Origin: an uncultured Lachnospiraceae bacterium
Lineage (GTDB): Bacteria > Bacillota > Clostridia > Lachnospirales > Lachnospiraceae
Assembly: GCA_902789785.1 (NCBI GenBank)
Contig: CADAPR010000002.1
Location: forward strand, 1-50,382
DNA: 50,382 bases
Reading direction: 5' to 3'
Position 1 is the first letter of the stretch, and the number at the start of each line of letters is the position of its first letter. The notes under the pieces are model-generated. The model was not told the origin of the DNA. It saw only the letters and a list, made by a program, of their open reading frames with translations, and ran no database searches. Below are positions 38,314 to 47,996 of the stretch, one piece after another. The translations under genes and the position numbers were made by a program.

Positions 38314-39324
38314 TTAGCTCCATTCTACATCAGGGTGCTCGAGTTTTTTATCTCTAAGCATTAGATTACCAATTGCATCTTTGGCTTTCACACCATCAAA
38401 TAAAACTTTATTTACTTCCTCGATTATAGGAAGTTTTACATCATATTTCTGAGCAAGTTTTAAAGCCGCTTTTGCTGAATATACTCCTTCAACGACCATT
38501 TTTACTTCGGCCATTGCTTCTTCATAGGTCTTTCCCTGCCCTATAAGTATACCTGCTCTTCTATTTCTTGAATGCATGCTTGCGCATGTCACTATCAGAT
38601 CTCCAATACCGGTAAGACCGCAAAATGTTTCGAATTTACCGCCCATAGCCATACCAAGTCTGGCTATTTCTGTTATACCTCTAGTTATAAGAGCAGCTTT
38701 AGTATTATCTCCGAAGCCAAGCCCATCTGCTATTCCAGCTGCAAGAGCAACAACGTTCTTTAGTGCAGCTCCGAGTTCGATTCCGAGAATATCGGGACTT
38801 ATATATACTCTGAATACCTCGCTCATAAATATATTCTGTAAAAACTGAGCATCTTCTTTTTTCTTAGCACCTACAACTACGGTTGTAGGAAGGCCTCTTC
38901 CAACTTCTTCAGCATGACTGGGACCGGATAAAACGCAGACTGTAGCATTTTCTATTTCATCTTCTATTACCTGTGAAAGAGTCATGAGAGTCGCTTCTTC
39001 AATTCCTTTTGCTACATTTACGATTATCTGATCTTCAGTTACAAATTCCTTCATTTTAGATGCGGTACTTCTAGTAAAAGGACTGGGCACAGCCAGTACC
39101 AGTACTTTTTTACCTTCAATCGCTTCTTTAAGATCAGTAGTATATTTAATTGTGTCATCTAACTTGACACCTGGAAGTTTATCAACATGTTCATGCTTTT
39201 CCTTTAACATATTGATTTCGTCTTCGATAATTGACCATACAGTTACATCATGTTTATTGTGAGCAAGTAATTGTGCAAGAGCAATGCCCCAGCTTCCGGC
39301 TCCGATGACTGCAATTTTTTCCAT
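38314..39324 (-). CDS. gpsA: NAD(P)H-dependent glycerol-3-phosphate dehydrogenase
   Basis: GAGSWG, AKGIE, SGPSHAEEV, ALKNV, GDLIVTC.SMHSRN; ATG 39324 fits GGAGGT spacing. Confidence 0.97.
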   Translation of the reverse strand: MEKIAVIGAGSWGIALAQLLAHNKHDVTVWSIIEDEINMLKEKHEHVDKLPGVKLDDTIKYTTDLKEAIEGKKVLVLAVPSPFTRSTASKMKEFVTEDQIIVNVAKGIEEATLMTLSQVIEDEIENATVCVLSGPSHAEEVGRGLPTTVVVGAKKKEDAQFLQNIFMSEVFRVYISPDILGIELGAALKNVVALAAGIADGLGFGDNTKAALITRGITEIARLGMAMGGKFETFCGLTGIGDLIVTCASMHSRNRRAGILIGQGKTYEEAMAEVKMVVEGVYSAKAALKLAQKYDVKLPIIEEVNKVLFDGVKAKDAIGNLMLRDKKLEHPDVEWS

Positions 39325-39326
39325 TG

Positions 39327-40016
39327 TCACACCTCCGCTGTCTCTTTCTCGGCTTTATATTTTTCTTTTCCTTTTTTACTTAAGAATGTTTTGCTTTCAT
39401 TGCCTTTAATGAGCCTGACTACATTCTTTCTATGTTGAAATATTGCAAGACACATCAAAAATATTGCAATTATATAAAGCTCAGTCAATTGCGCCTGTGA
39501 AAGATTACTACCAAGCATTCCGTGGCTTCCAAATATAAAAGTTTCAATAACGAAAAGTACATAAGCACACATGCATCCTAATGAAACATAGTGTGTTGTT
39601 AGAAATATGACAACAAAAAGAGAAAACATCGTCAAAAAAAACCAGAAAGGCGAAAGCGACAGGATCAATCCTAGAGTAGCTGCCATGCCTTTGCCACCTT
39701 TAAAACCTAGATAAAAAGGAAAATTATGGCCCAAAATGACACCGACTGCTGTATAGTAAATGATCAGTGATAATATATCTGGATACATTCTTCCTAATGT
39801 AAGTCTCATGATCCAGATTGCAGCCATAGTCTTAAAAGCATCACAGAATAAAACGGTAAATCCTGCCTTTGTTCCGAAGGCCCTAAGCGCGTTTGTGCTT
39901 CCAGCATTACCGCTTCCCACGGTTCGTATATCGACACCGTGCAATTTGCCAAATATATAAGCACTCTGAATAAGGCCGAATGCATAACCGACAATCAAAC
40001 ATATTGCCCTGAACAT
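39327..40016 (-). CDS. plsY: Glycerol-3-phosphate acyltransferase
   Basis: GSGNAGSTNALR, GHNFPFYLGFKGGKG, HRKNVVRL. Confidence 0.95.
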   Translation of the reverse strand: MFRAICLIVGYAFGLIQSAYIFGKLHGVDIRTVGSGNAGSTNALRAFGTKAGFTVLFCDAFKTMAAIWIMRLTLGRMYPDILSLIIYYTAVGVILGHNFPFYLGFKGGKGMAATLGLILSLSPFWFFLTMFSLFVVIFLTTHYVSLGCMCAYVLFVIETFIFGSHGMLGSNLSQAQLTELYIIAIFLMCLAIFQHRKNVVRLIKGNESKTFLSKKGKEKYKAEKETAEV

Positions 40017-40023
40017 AGATTAT

Positions 40024-41358
40024 TTAATCCTCTTTTCGTTCTCTTATTATAAATTTCAAAGGTGTACCTTTAAATCCAAAGGTATCTCTTATCTGGTTTT
40101 CGAGATATCTTGTATAGGAAAAATGCATCAGCTGTTTGTCATTTACAAATATGACAAACGTTGGAGGCTTAACAGCAACCTGAGTTACATAAAAGATCTT
40201 AAGGCGTTTCCCCTTATCAGAAGGTGGTTGCTGCATCGCTGTAGCTTCAGCAACTATTTCGTTCAACACACCTGTTTGTACTCTTAGTGCACAATTCTCG
40301 ATTACGGCATCTATCATTTCAAAAAGCTTTGGAACTCTTTGCCCTGTAAGTGCTGATATGTACATAATCTCAGCGTAAGGCATAAAACTCAATGTTGATC
40401 TTATTTTCTTTGAGAATTCGTTGACAGTACTGTTATTCTTTTCAATAAGATCCCATTTGTTTACAGCAATGATAAATCCCTTGCCTCTTTCATGAGCAAT
40501 ACCGGCTATTTTTGCATCCTGTTCAGTAACCCCTTCATCTGCGTCGATCAAAAGAACAACAACATCAGCTCTTTCTACGGCCGAAACTGTCCTTACGATC
40601 ATATATTTCTCTAAATCTTCTTTAACATTTTTCTTTCGTCTCAGACCTGCGGTATCAATAAAAACATATTCTTTTCCAAAAGCCTTAACAGGGGTATCTA
40701 TAGCATCTCTTGTAGTTCCGGCAATATCTGAAACAATGAGTCTTTTTTCGCCAATAATCTTATTTATTAGAGATGATTTTCCGACATTGGGCTTTCCGAT
40801 AATAGCAACTCTTGGTCTATCATCATCTATCTCTTCAGTCATGTTCTTGTCAAAGTGCTTTGCAACTTCGTCGAGCATATCTCCTATACCAAGTCTGTTG
40901 GCCGCAGATATGGGCACCGGTTCTCCTATTCCGAGATTATAAAACTCATAAGTATCATTCATGAATTTTTCAAAGCTATCTACTTTATTGACAACAAGAA
41001 CTACCGGCTTATGAGACCTTCTGAGCATGTCTGCTACTTTCATATCATCATCAACAAGTCCCTGCTTTACATCGGTCATGAATATAATAACATCAGCTGT
41101 GTCCATCGCAATTTGAGCCTGATCTCTCATCTGGCTTAAGATGATGTCTGAACTCTCCGGTTCGATTCCACCGGTATCAATCAGTGTAAATTGCATATCG
41201 AGCCAGGTAATATCTGCATATATTCGGTCTCTGGTAATGCCGGGTGTATCCTGAACAATTGCAATTCTTTCGCCAGCAAGCGCATTGAACAGGGTAGATT
41301 TACCTACATTAGGTCTGCCCACGACTGCTACTATGGGTTTTCTTTTTCTGGTACTCAT
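40024..41358 (-). CDS. der: Ribosome biogenesis GTPase Der/EngA
   Basis: Two G domains ([16 protein letters not shown] and [16 protein letters not shown]) plus KH-like C-terminus; probable start 41358. Confidence 0.97.
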   Translation of the reverse strand: MSTRKRKPIVAVVGRPNVGKSTLFNALAGERIAIVQDTPGITRDRIYADITWLDMQFTLIDTGGIEPESSDIILSQMRDQAQIAMDTADVIIFMTDVKQGLVDDDMKVADMLRRSHKPVVLVVNKVDSFEKFMNDTYEFYNLGIGEPVPISAANRLGIGDMLDEVAKHFDKNMTEEIDDDRPRVAIIGKPNVGKSSLINKIIGEKRLIVSDIAGTTRDAIDTPVKAFGKEYVFIDTAGLRRKKNVKEDLEKYMIVRTVSAVERADVVVLLIDADEGVTEQDAKIAGIAHERGKGFIIAVNKWDLIEKNNSTVNEFSKKIRSTLSFMPYAEIMYISALTGQRVPKLFEMIDAVIENCALRVQTGVLNEIVAEATAMQQPPSDKGKRLKIFYVTQVAVKPPTFVIFVNDKQLMHFSYTRYLENQIRDTFGFKGTPLKFIIRERKED

Positions 41359-41363
41359 ATTTC

Positions 41364-42680
41364 TTAACTTTCTAATATACAATCAACAAAATCATATCCA
41401 TTTGATTGTACAATACTTACATCTACTTGTAAAACTTCTTTAAATTCATTAAGTGTCATATCATCAAGGAAGATTTCTTCATCAGCTTTTAGTATGTTTT
41501 CTGACAATAAAACTCTGTTTCCAAGATTTATATCTTTAAGAGCATAAACGATATCCTGTCCAGTCAAAAGTCCTGTTACTGTAATGCTTTCTCCAAAAAA
41601 ACGATTTTTAACTGGGACAACATTTATTTCTTTATGAGGATGATCATTCATAAGTTTATCTGCCATCATTTTTATGTAGGCATAAGGAAGTTCTCCGCAA
41701 ACAACAGTCACTTTTTCTTCGTTTTCTTTAAATTCCTTGAAATTATCGAGTTCTTCCTCGAATTCATCGATCATAGAACGCATTGTGCCTACGCCATTGG
41801 CGATTTGCAGATACCCGTCGTATCTTTCTGCTTCAGGCAATTGCCTATTAGCATTTATATACCATTCATCGCTAGCATGAACAAAATGAAGGCCATATTG
41901 CGCATATGCCTTCTTCTGCCATTTTTCAACCTGATCAATAAGATATTCAGCATCTTCCTTTTCCCATGCATCCATCTTATACAGACCATCTCTATATTTA
42001 GTAACTCCTACAGGAACGATTGAAACACTTTGAAGATACGGAAGGTATTCATAAAGATCACTTATTGTTCTTTCTAGTTCATCTTTATCATTAACACCTT
42101 TGCATAAAACAATCTGTCCATTCATAACAAGTCCGGCTTCATAGAATCTTTTAGCTTTTTCTAAAGCTTTGCCGGCAAATCTGTTATTTAGCATCATACA
42201 TCGAAGCTCAGGATTTGTTGTATGAAATGATATGTTTATTGGTGAAAGATTGTATTTTATAATCCTTTCTATATCCTTTTCACTCATGTTAGTAAGAGTG
42301 ACATAGTTTCCCTGCAAAAAAGATAACCTAGCGTCATCATCTTTAAAATACAAAGTCTTTCTCATCCCCGGAGGCATTTGGTCGATAAAACAGAAAATGC
42401 ATTTATTTGAACAACTGTGGTAATCGTCCATAAGTCCATTTTCAAATTTTATACCTAGATCTTCATCCTCATCTTTATCAATTTCAAGGATCCAATCTTC
42501 TCCGGATTCTTTTCTGATACCAACTTCTATATATTCATTTTCGCATAAAAACTGATAGTCGAAGATGTCTTCGATTTCTTCACCGTTTATGGATACAATC
42601 TCATCCCCGACAACTATTTCCATTTCTTCGGCTATGCTGCCGGGCAAGACTTCTGCGACTATGTGCCTGCTTTTTTTCAT
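41364..42680 (-). CDS. DUF512 radical-SAM-like Fe-S protein with N-terminal PDZ
   Basis: [38 protein letters not shown]; commonly found upstream of der. Confidence 0.9.
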   Translation of the reverse strand: MKKSRHIVAEVLPGSIAEEMEIVVGDEIVSINGEEIEDIFDYQFLCENEYIEVGIRKESGEDWILEIDKDEDEDLGIKFENGLMDDYHSCSNKCIFCFIDQMPPGMRKTLYFKDDDARLSFLQGNYVTLTNMSEKDIERIIKYNLSPINISFHTTNPELRCMMLNNRFAGKALEKAKRFYEAGLVMNGQIVLCKGVNDKDELERTISDLYEYLPYLQSVSIVPVGVTKYRDGLYKMDAWEKEDAEYLIDQVEKWQKKAYAQYGLHFVHASDEWYINANRQLPEAERYDGYLQIANGVGTMRSMIDEFEEELDNFKEFKENEEKVTVVCGELPYAYIKMMADKLMNDHPHKEINVVPVKNRFFGESITVTGLLTGQDIVYALKDINLGNRVLLSENILKADEEIFLDDMTLNEFKEVLQVDVSIVQSNGYDFVDCILES

Positions 42681-43891
42681 CAGGTATCTTTCTTTCCTGC
42701 ATCTTCAAAATCATAATTCTGACGTTGATTGTATCTGTTGATCACATCATGTATCTTATCAGCCGGCGTGTGCACATTGCTCATGCTGACATCATGATTC
42801 ATGAAATCTACAACGTTCGCCAAAAATCCACTCATATCAGCTTCAATATAATAAGGCTTAGTTTTGAGTTCCTGAGGGAAATAATTAAGATTAGTTGTTA
42901 CAACTTTGTCAAAATAACACTTCTCATATGCTTCATCAAAGAGCCTTAATCCATTTGTAAACAATCCGAATGTACAACATATGAACACTCTCTTAGCGTT
43001 CATTTCCTTAAGCTGCCTTGCAGTATCGAGCATACTTTCGCCAGAGCTGATCATATCATCCATTACGATAACATCTTTTCCATCTATATCATCACCCAAG
43101 AATTCATGAGCTACAATGGGATTCTTTCCGTTTACAACCTTGCTGTAATCTCTTCTTTTATAAAACATACCTGTGTTTACACCAAGTACATTGGCAAAAT
43201 AAACACTTCTGTCAAGTGCTCCTTCGTCAGGAGAAATAACAACAAGATGATCCTTATCTATTATCAGGTCATCTTCTGCACCGAGCAAAGCTTTGATAAA
43301 CTGATAAGGAGGCGTATAATTATCAAACCCGCTTAAAGGTATTGAATTTGCCACTCTTGGATCATGTGCATCAAAAGTTATAAAATTATCTATGCCCATG
43401 TTATAAAGCTCATCGAGCATAAAAGCACAATCAAGAGATTCTCTGCTGTTCCTTTTATGCTGTCTGCCTTCGTATAAAAACGGCATTATGACATTTATTC
43501 TCTTTGCCTTTCCAGCAATTGCTCCGATTATTCTTTTTAAATCCTGATAAAGATCATCCGGAGACATATGATTGATGAAACCGTTCATCTTATATGTCAG
43601 TGAATTATTACATATATCAATAAGGATAAAAACATCTTTTCCTCGAACAGATTCATCAAAAACTGCCTTTCCTTCACCTGTTCCAAATCTGGTACATTTC
43701 ATATCAACAATGTATGATTTATTAGAATATCCCTCAATAACATTGCTTTCGACAAACTGTTCACGACCTCTTTTTCTTTTTGAGGCAATGAGTCTGTCAA
43801 CATCGCGACCAAGTGAAGCAGCAGATTCATGCACGACTAGAGCCAGTGGTGCAACTGGAATTGAATTATCTATCTTTTTAAAATCTGTCAT
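42680..43891 (-). CDS. prs: Ribose-phosphate pyrophosphokinase (long clostridial type)
   Basis: RFGTGEG, ESVRGKD, GRQHKR, DAHDP, ISPDEG, DDMISSGES; ATG 43891 with AAGGAG. Confidence 0.93.
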   Translation of the reverse strand: MTDFKKIDNSIPVAPLALVVHESAASLGRDVDRLIASKRKRGREQFVESNVIEGYSNKSYIVDMKCTRFGTGEGKAVFDESVRGKDVFILIDICNNSLTYKMNGFINHMSPDDLYQDLKRIIGAIAGKAKRINVIMPFLYEGRQHKRNSRESLDCAFMLDELYNMGIDNFITFDAHDPRVANSIPLSGFDNYTPPYQFIKALLGAEDDLIIDKDHLVVISPDEGALDRSVYFANVLGVNTGMFYKRRDYSKVVNGKNPIVAHEFLGDDIDGKDVIVMDDMISSGESMLDTARQLKEMNAKRVFICCTFGLFTNGLRLFDEAYEKCYFDKVVTTNLNYFPQELKTKPYYIEADMSGFLANVVDFMNHDVSMSNVHTPADKIHDVINRYNQRQNYDFEDAGKKDT

Positions 43892-43923
43892 TACAAGCTC
43901 CTTATATAAAAATCTCAAAACGA

Positions 43924-43952
43924 ATTTTACCTATTAAAAGGTAAATAGTCAA
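43924..43952 (-). promoter_or_regulatory. Sigma-A promoter of the prs-der-plsY-gpsA unit
   Basis: TTGACT-N17-TAAAAT. Confidence 0.75.
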
Positions 43953-45043
43953 GAATCCTCATCATCATTCGGCTGTACCTTTATTATATCTACATATGGA
44001 ATTATCAACTCGTCCTCCACCCTGATTGCAAAAGAATACATATTATCAGCCATATCTTCTATATGTTCAGAATCTACTACATATTCATTACCGCCAAGCT
44101 TTTCTACGATCCTATGATTTATATCAGGTGAAAAATGAAGTACATCCATGTAGTTATCAAGATCGGTAACAATTTCTTCATCGGTAATGAAACTATAAAA
44201 TTCAACATTACTATACTTCATTAAACGCAATGTACACTGTTTCATATTATGTATATAGGCGTTCAGATCACCATCACGATATACTCCATCCCACCAAACG
44301 AATGAATATGGGGGATAAAAGAAATAAAATTTTGTTTCTGGATGCTTACATACAATTGATTCAATCATTTCTATATTTGAATTACATTCATCTTCATAGA
44401 AGTTATCATCCTTCATTTCCTTGATTGAATGTGAGCGTATATATAATCCAGTGACCATATCTGCATGAAATTCTTTCCACTGGCCCCAGTTAAAAGAATT
44501 ACCTTCATCGTATTCACCTATAAAGGATTTAGTGATCATATACGGTATCTTTTCGATTAATACGTCCTTGTTTAGAAGATATTCTACGTCATTCAAAGGA
44601 TTGCTGTCGTAAAGATACATGGGGCATCCGGTTTCTTCAAATGTAAGATAGGGCTTGGCAGCAAGTGAAGTCGGATCAATATTATAAAATACATATTTAA
44701 GATTATGGTCTTTATATGCTTCATTTACAAAATAACAAAGATCAGCTGTAGCACCATAGCTTCTGACAGCTTTAATGCTGTTACAGTCAAACTTATCATC
44801 AAACCAGTGATTATTATAATTTTCACATACTGATGATCCGACTATCAGAGCATCATAATCAAAGTTTTTGATGGTACCGATGCACTGGTACTCTTTCTCA
44901 CTAAGAACAGCCTTGAGACCGAGGATAGGCTTATGATAGTGAAAAAAAGGGTCTACCACTATCACTATTAATATACATGCGAGTAGAATGATAATTACAG
45001 TAAGTATGAAGTTTTTTAACAGTTTCTTAAATGAAATATCCAT
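43949..45043 (-). CDS. Membrane-anchored SGNH-like protein, MBOAT partner
   Basis: N-terminal TM ending VDPFFHYH; LIVGSS and YMDVLH (Ser, DxxH). Confidence 0.72.
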   Translation of the reverse strand: MDISFKKLLKNFILTVIIILLACILIVIVVDPFFHYHKPILGLKAVLSEKEYQCIGTIKNFDYDALIVGSSVCENYNNHWFDDKFDCNSIKAVRSYGATADLCYFVNEAYKDHNLKYVFYNIDPTSLAAKPYLTFEETGCPMYLYDSNPLNDVEYLLNKDVLIEKIPYMITKSFIGEYDEGNSFNWGQWKEFHADMVTGLYIRSHSIKEMKDDNFYEDECNSNIEMIESIVCKHPETKFYFFYPPYSFVWWDGVYRDGDLNAYIHNMKQCTLRLMKYSNVEFYSFITDEEIVTDLDNYMDVLHFSPDINHRIVEKLGGNEYVVDSEHIEDMADNMYSFAIRVEDELIIPYVDIIKVQPNDDEDS

Positions 45044-45045
45044 AT

Positions 45046-46539
45046 CTAGAAATTAAAATATATAAATGTGCTGACCTGAGAAAATGAAATAATTGACCAG
45101 CAGAAAATTATCGCAGCAAAAATATATTTCTTTTTGGTCTGAGTTTCATTCAATAATTGCAGAGAGTTTTTTTGCATGATTATAAAGATTGAAACAGCAA
45201 TTAATAGAATCATGATCAGACCATACATATAATTTAATACAGCGGGAGCTTTGAGCGAAACTATCTGTTTAATAAAGTAAAATTCCGGAAGGTCCATGTA
45301 AGGTAAAAGCCTAGAGATGCTTCCTGTATAATGAAATGAAAAAATATTCTTAAACATTAATGCAGCATCACTAAGAGTATTTGCTCTGAATACAAAAAGC
45401 GTTCCGAGGAAAAAATTAAATGTTATAAACTGACCTAAAAGCTTAGGTATACCTATTTTAGGATCCTGTTTTCCTCCCTGTCCCTTAACACCGATTATAT
45501 AAAGATTATCCCATACTAGAGCGAGCCCCTGTATGATACCCCACACAACAAATGTCCACGCTGCACCATGCCATAATCCGCTTAACATGAAAATGAAGAA
45601 TACATTAAATAATGCTCTAACCTTACCTTTTCTGCTTCCGCCCATTGGAATATAAACATAATTAACAAAAAAGCGAGAAAGTGTAATATGCCAGCCTTGC
45701 CATAACTGCTTCATGCTGCATGCCTTATATGGTGAGTTAAAGTTTTGAGGAAGGAATATATTGAACATCATTCCAAGACCTATTGCCATGTCACTATATC
45801 CGCTAAAATCGAAGTAAAGCTCAAATGCATAAAACAGCCCTACAATAAATGTAGAAATTGAATCAAGAAAAACAGCATTGTCAAATCCATAGTTAACAAC
45901 ATGTGCAAGTACATCAGCTAATAGAACTTTTTTACCAAGACCGATAGAAAAAATCCATAGCCCCTTTGTAAAGCTTTCCGTATTAAACTCTCTCTTTTTT
46001 AAATCTTCAAACTGAGGCATGACCTCATCGTATAAAACTATAGGACCGGCAACAAGCTGAGGAAAGAATGTAACAAATGCAGCGTAATTCAAAAGATCAT
46101 AATGCTTGGCCTTTCCTCTGTATCTGTCAACAATAAATGATATCTGCTGGAATGTAAAAAAACTGATTCCAAGTGGCAATAATATATGTCTCAGATTAAA
46201 ATCGCTCTTAAATACTGAATTGATATTCTCAATGAAGAAATCAAAGTATTTAAAATAAAACAAAATACCAAGGTTAAATCCCAGTCCAAATAGAAGCCAA
46301 ATAACCTTTGCTGCTTTTGATCCAAACTTTTCATAAATAAAACTCAGGCCATAATTTACAAATACACTGGATAGAATGATTAGAAGGTATTTAGGATTAA
46401 AATATCCGTAAAACCATAAAGACATGCCTACAAGAAATAAAAGAGAAATCTTGTAAGCATGTAATCTGTTTAATCCGTACCACCCAAGTAAAGTGATAGG
46501 AAGAAATATAAATATAAATATATAAGAATTAAAGAGCAT
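45046..46539 (-). CDS. MBOAT O-acyltransferase (AlgI/PatA/DltB-like)
   Basis: MLFNS, LPLGISFFTFQ, FPQLVAGPI, YFDFSGYSDMAIG, WHITLS, catalytic SGLWHG. Confidence 0.93.
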   Translation of the reverse strand: MLFNSYIFIFIFLPITLLGWYGLNRLHAYKISLLFLVGMSLWFYGYFNPKYLLIILSSVFVNYGLSFIYEKFGSKAAKVIWLLFGLGFNLGILFYFKYFDFFIENINSVFKSDFNLRHILLPLGISFFTFQQISFIVDRYRGKAKHYDLLNYAAFVTFFPQLVAGPIVLYDEVMPQFEDLKKREFNTESFTKGLWIFSIGLGKKVLLADVLAHVVNYGFDNAVFLDSISTFIVGLFYAFELYFDFSGYSDMAIGLGMMFNIFLPQNFNSPYKACSMKQLWQGWHITLSRFFVNYVYIPMGGSRKGKVRALFNVFFIFMLSGLWHGAAWTFVVWGIIQGLALVWDNLYIIGVKGQGGKQDPKIGIPKLLGQFITFNFFLGTLFVFRANTLSDAALMFKNIFSFHYTGSISRLLPYMDLPEFYFIKQIVSLKAPAVLNYMYGLIMILLIAVSIFIIMQKNSLQLLNETQTKKKYIFAAIIFCWSIISFSQVSTFIYFNF

Positions 46540-46565
46540 GTTAATTACATTCCTTGCAAAAAATA

Positions 46566-47957
46566 CTAAGGAGTTGTGTCGCTTGTTCCTGTATTACTAC
46601 TTGTGTCAGTATCTGAACCTTCTGAAGTTTCAGTTTGCTCACTCGAAGAATTTGTAGGCGTTACATCTGCATTAGATGTTGGTGTTATTGAAGGGGTTAC
46701 GTCTTCACCTGTATCAGTTTGATCTCCGCTTTGCGGCTCCTCCTGTTTAGGACTTGGAGAAGGTTCTGGCTGATTCTCTGGACTAGGTATAGGTGTTGGT
46801 GTAGGTTGTGACACTTCAGGTGTTGGTGTTGGCGTCGGTGTTGGTGTCGGTTTCGGCTGAATAACCGGTTCTTCTTTCTTCTCTCTTTCAGGAGTAGGTG
46901 AAGGAGTGATTAACTCCTCTTGTTGAGGCTGTTCCTGGTTAAGCTCTTCAGGCTCAACAACCTGAACATTAGCAGGAAGTGCAGTCGTTTCTTTCATCAT
47001 TTTCTTGAAATCACCGGTAGGCTTAACATATTTAACTATGAATTCACCATCATCGGAAACACCTTTAACTGGATGATGAATGACGTATTCAAGTATTGTT
47101 GTATAAGCGCATGCTCTATAGTGCAGACCATCCCCTGCATCGTACTCACCTTTGATCTGCCCATCATTGCCTTTTAAAACAGAATCGACATCAAGATAGA
47201 ATATACCTTCATACTCAGCTAGAGTCTTAAGGAAATCATTATATTTATCTATCCATTCGTTTTTAACGTTACCTTTGTAAGGTCCGTTATCATCAACAGG
47301 CCAGATAGCCATTAAAACTATCTCACTCTCCGGAGCAAGATCCATAATCTTCTCTACAACTTCTTTATAGGCTTTTTCGTATTTTTCTTCGGAAATACCA
47401 TTCATGCCGTTAACACCGTAATTAATGTATATTACTGGTGCTTTATGTGATTTAAGATATGACTCGATCGTGTACTGCTTTCCGCTGTTTTGCATGAATG
47501 TGGATGATAATACACTTGTATGGCTTATTCCAACCTTAGCGAGAACGTTTTCATCTGAAACAAACCCGTAACTAACCATCGCAACTGTTCTAGAATCTCC
47601 CAAGAAGATACAGTTGTTCATGTAGCCGGGTTTGGTATTTGCATTATATTCTAAGATAGTCTTATACTCTTCTTCAATCACTTCTCCGCTTGGAGTTGTA
47701 CTAGTAACGACTGTCCTGTTTTTTCTTGTATTTTTGACTATCTGTCCGGATTCATCAGTATCAAAGATACTAGAGTAATCCTGTTGTGAAGAAACCGTTT
47801 CAGTAACCGTTTTTCTGTCAGCGAAGCAAACATATAAAACGGTAATAGCTGTACATATAAATATAGCAACTAATCCAATGGCTATAGCAAGTTCATGTTT
47901 AAGCCAAAATCTTACTATTTTCTTTATGACGTTTCTTCTCTTTTCCCTGTCCATCAT
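46566..47957 (-). CDS. Membrane-anchored SGNH/GDSL hydrolase-family protein with Pro/Thr/Glu-rich tail
   Basis: TM; FLGDSRT, NYGVN, GDGLH; low-complexity C-terminus. Confidence 0.87.
   Translation of the reverse strand: MMDREKRRNVIKKIVRFWLKHELAIAIGLVAIFICTAITVLYVCFADRKTVTETVSSQQDYSSIFDTDESGQIVKNTRKNRTVVTSTTPSGEVIEEEYKTILEYNANTKPGYMNNCIFLGDSRTVAMVSYGFVSDENVLAKVGISHTSVLSSTFMQNSGKQYTIESYLKSHKAPVIYINYGVNGMNGISEEKYEKAYKEVVEKIMDLAPESEIVLMAIWPVDDNGPYKGNVKNEWIDKYNDFLKTLAEYEGIFYLDVDSVLKGNDGQIKGEYDAGDGLHYRACAYTTILEYVIHHPVKGVSDDGEFIVKYVKPTGDFKKMMKETTALPANVQVVEPEELNQEQPQQEELITPSPTPEREKKEEPVIQPKPTPTPTPTPTPEVSQPTPTPIPSPENQPEPSPSPKQEEPQSGDQTDTGEDVTPSITPTSNADVTPTNSSSEQTETSEGSDTDTSSNTGTSDTTP
46819..46851. 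repeat. Coding hexamer repeat (Pro-Thr)n
   Basis: GGYGTY x5-6 encoding PTPTPTPTPTP. Confidence 0.8.
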
Positions 47958-47965
47958 AATGAATA

Positions 47966-47995
47966 ATTATATCATATAACCCTTTTGTATGACAA
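47966..47995 (-). promoter_or_regulatory. Sigma-A promoter of the SGNH-MBOAT cluster
   Basis: TTGTCA-N18-TATAAT with extended TG. Confidence 0.75.
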
Positions 47996-47996
47996 A

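Noticed and set aside
46780-46860. CRISPR array or phase-variable repeat
   Set aside because: Degenerate in-frame hexamers encoding a Pro/Thr linker; no spacers or cas genes
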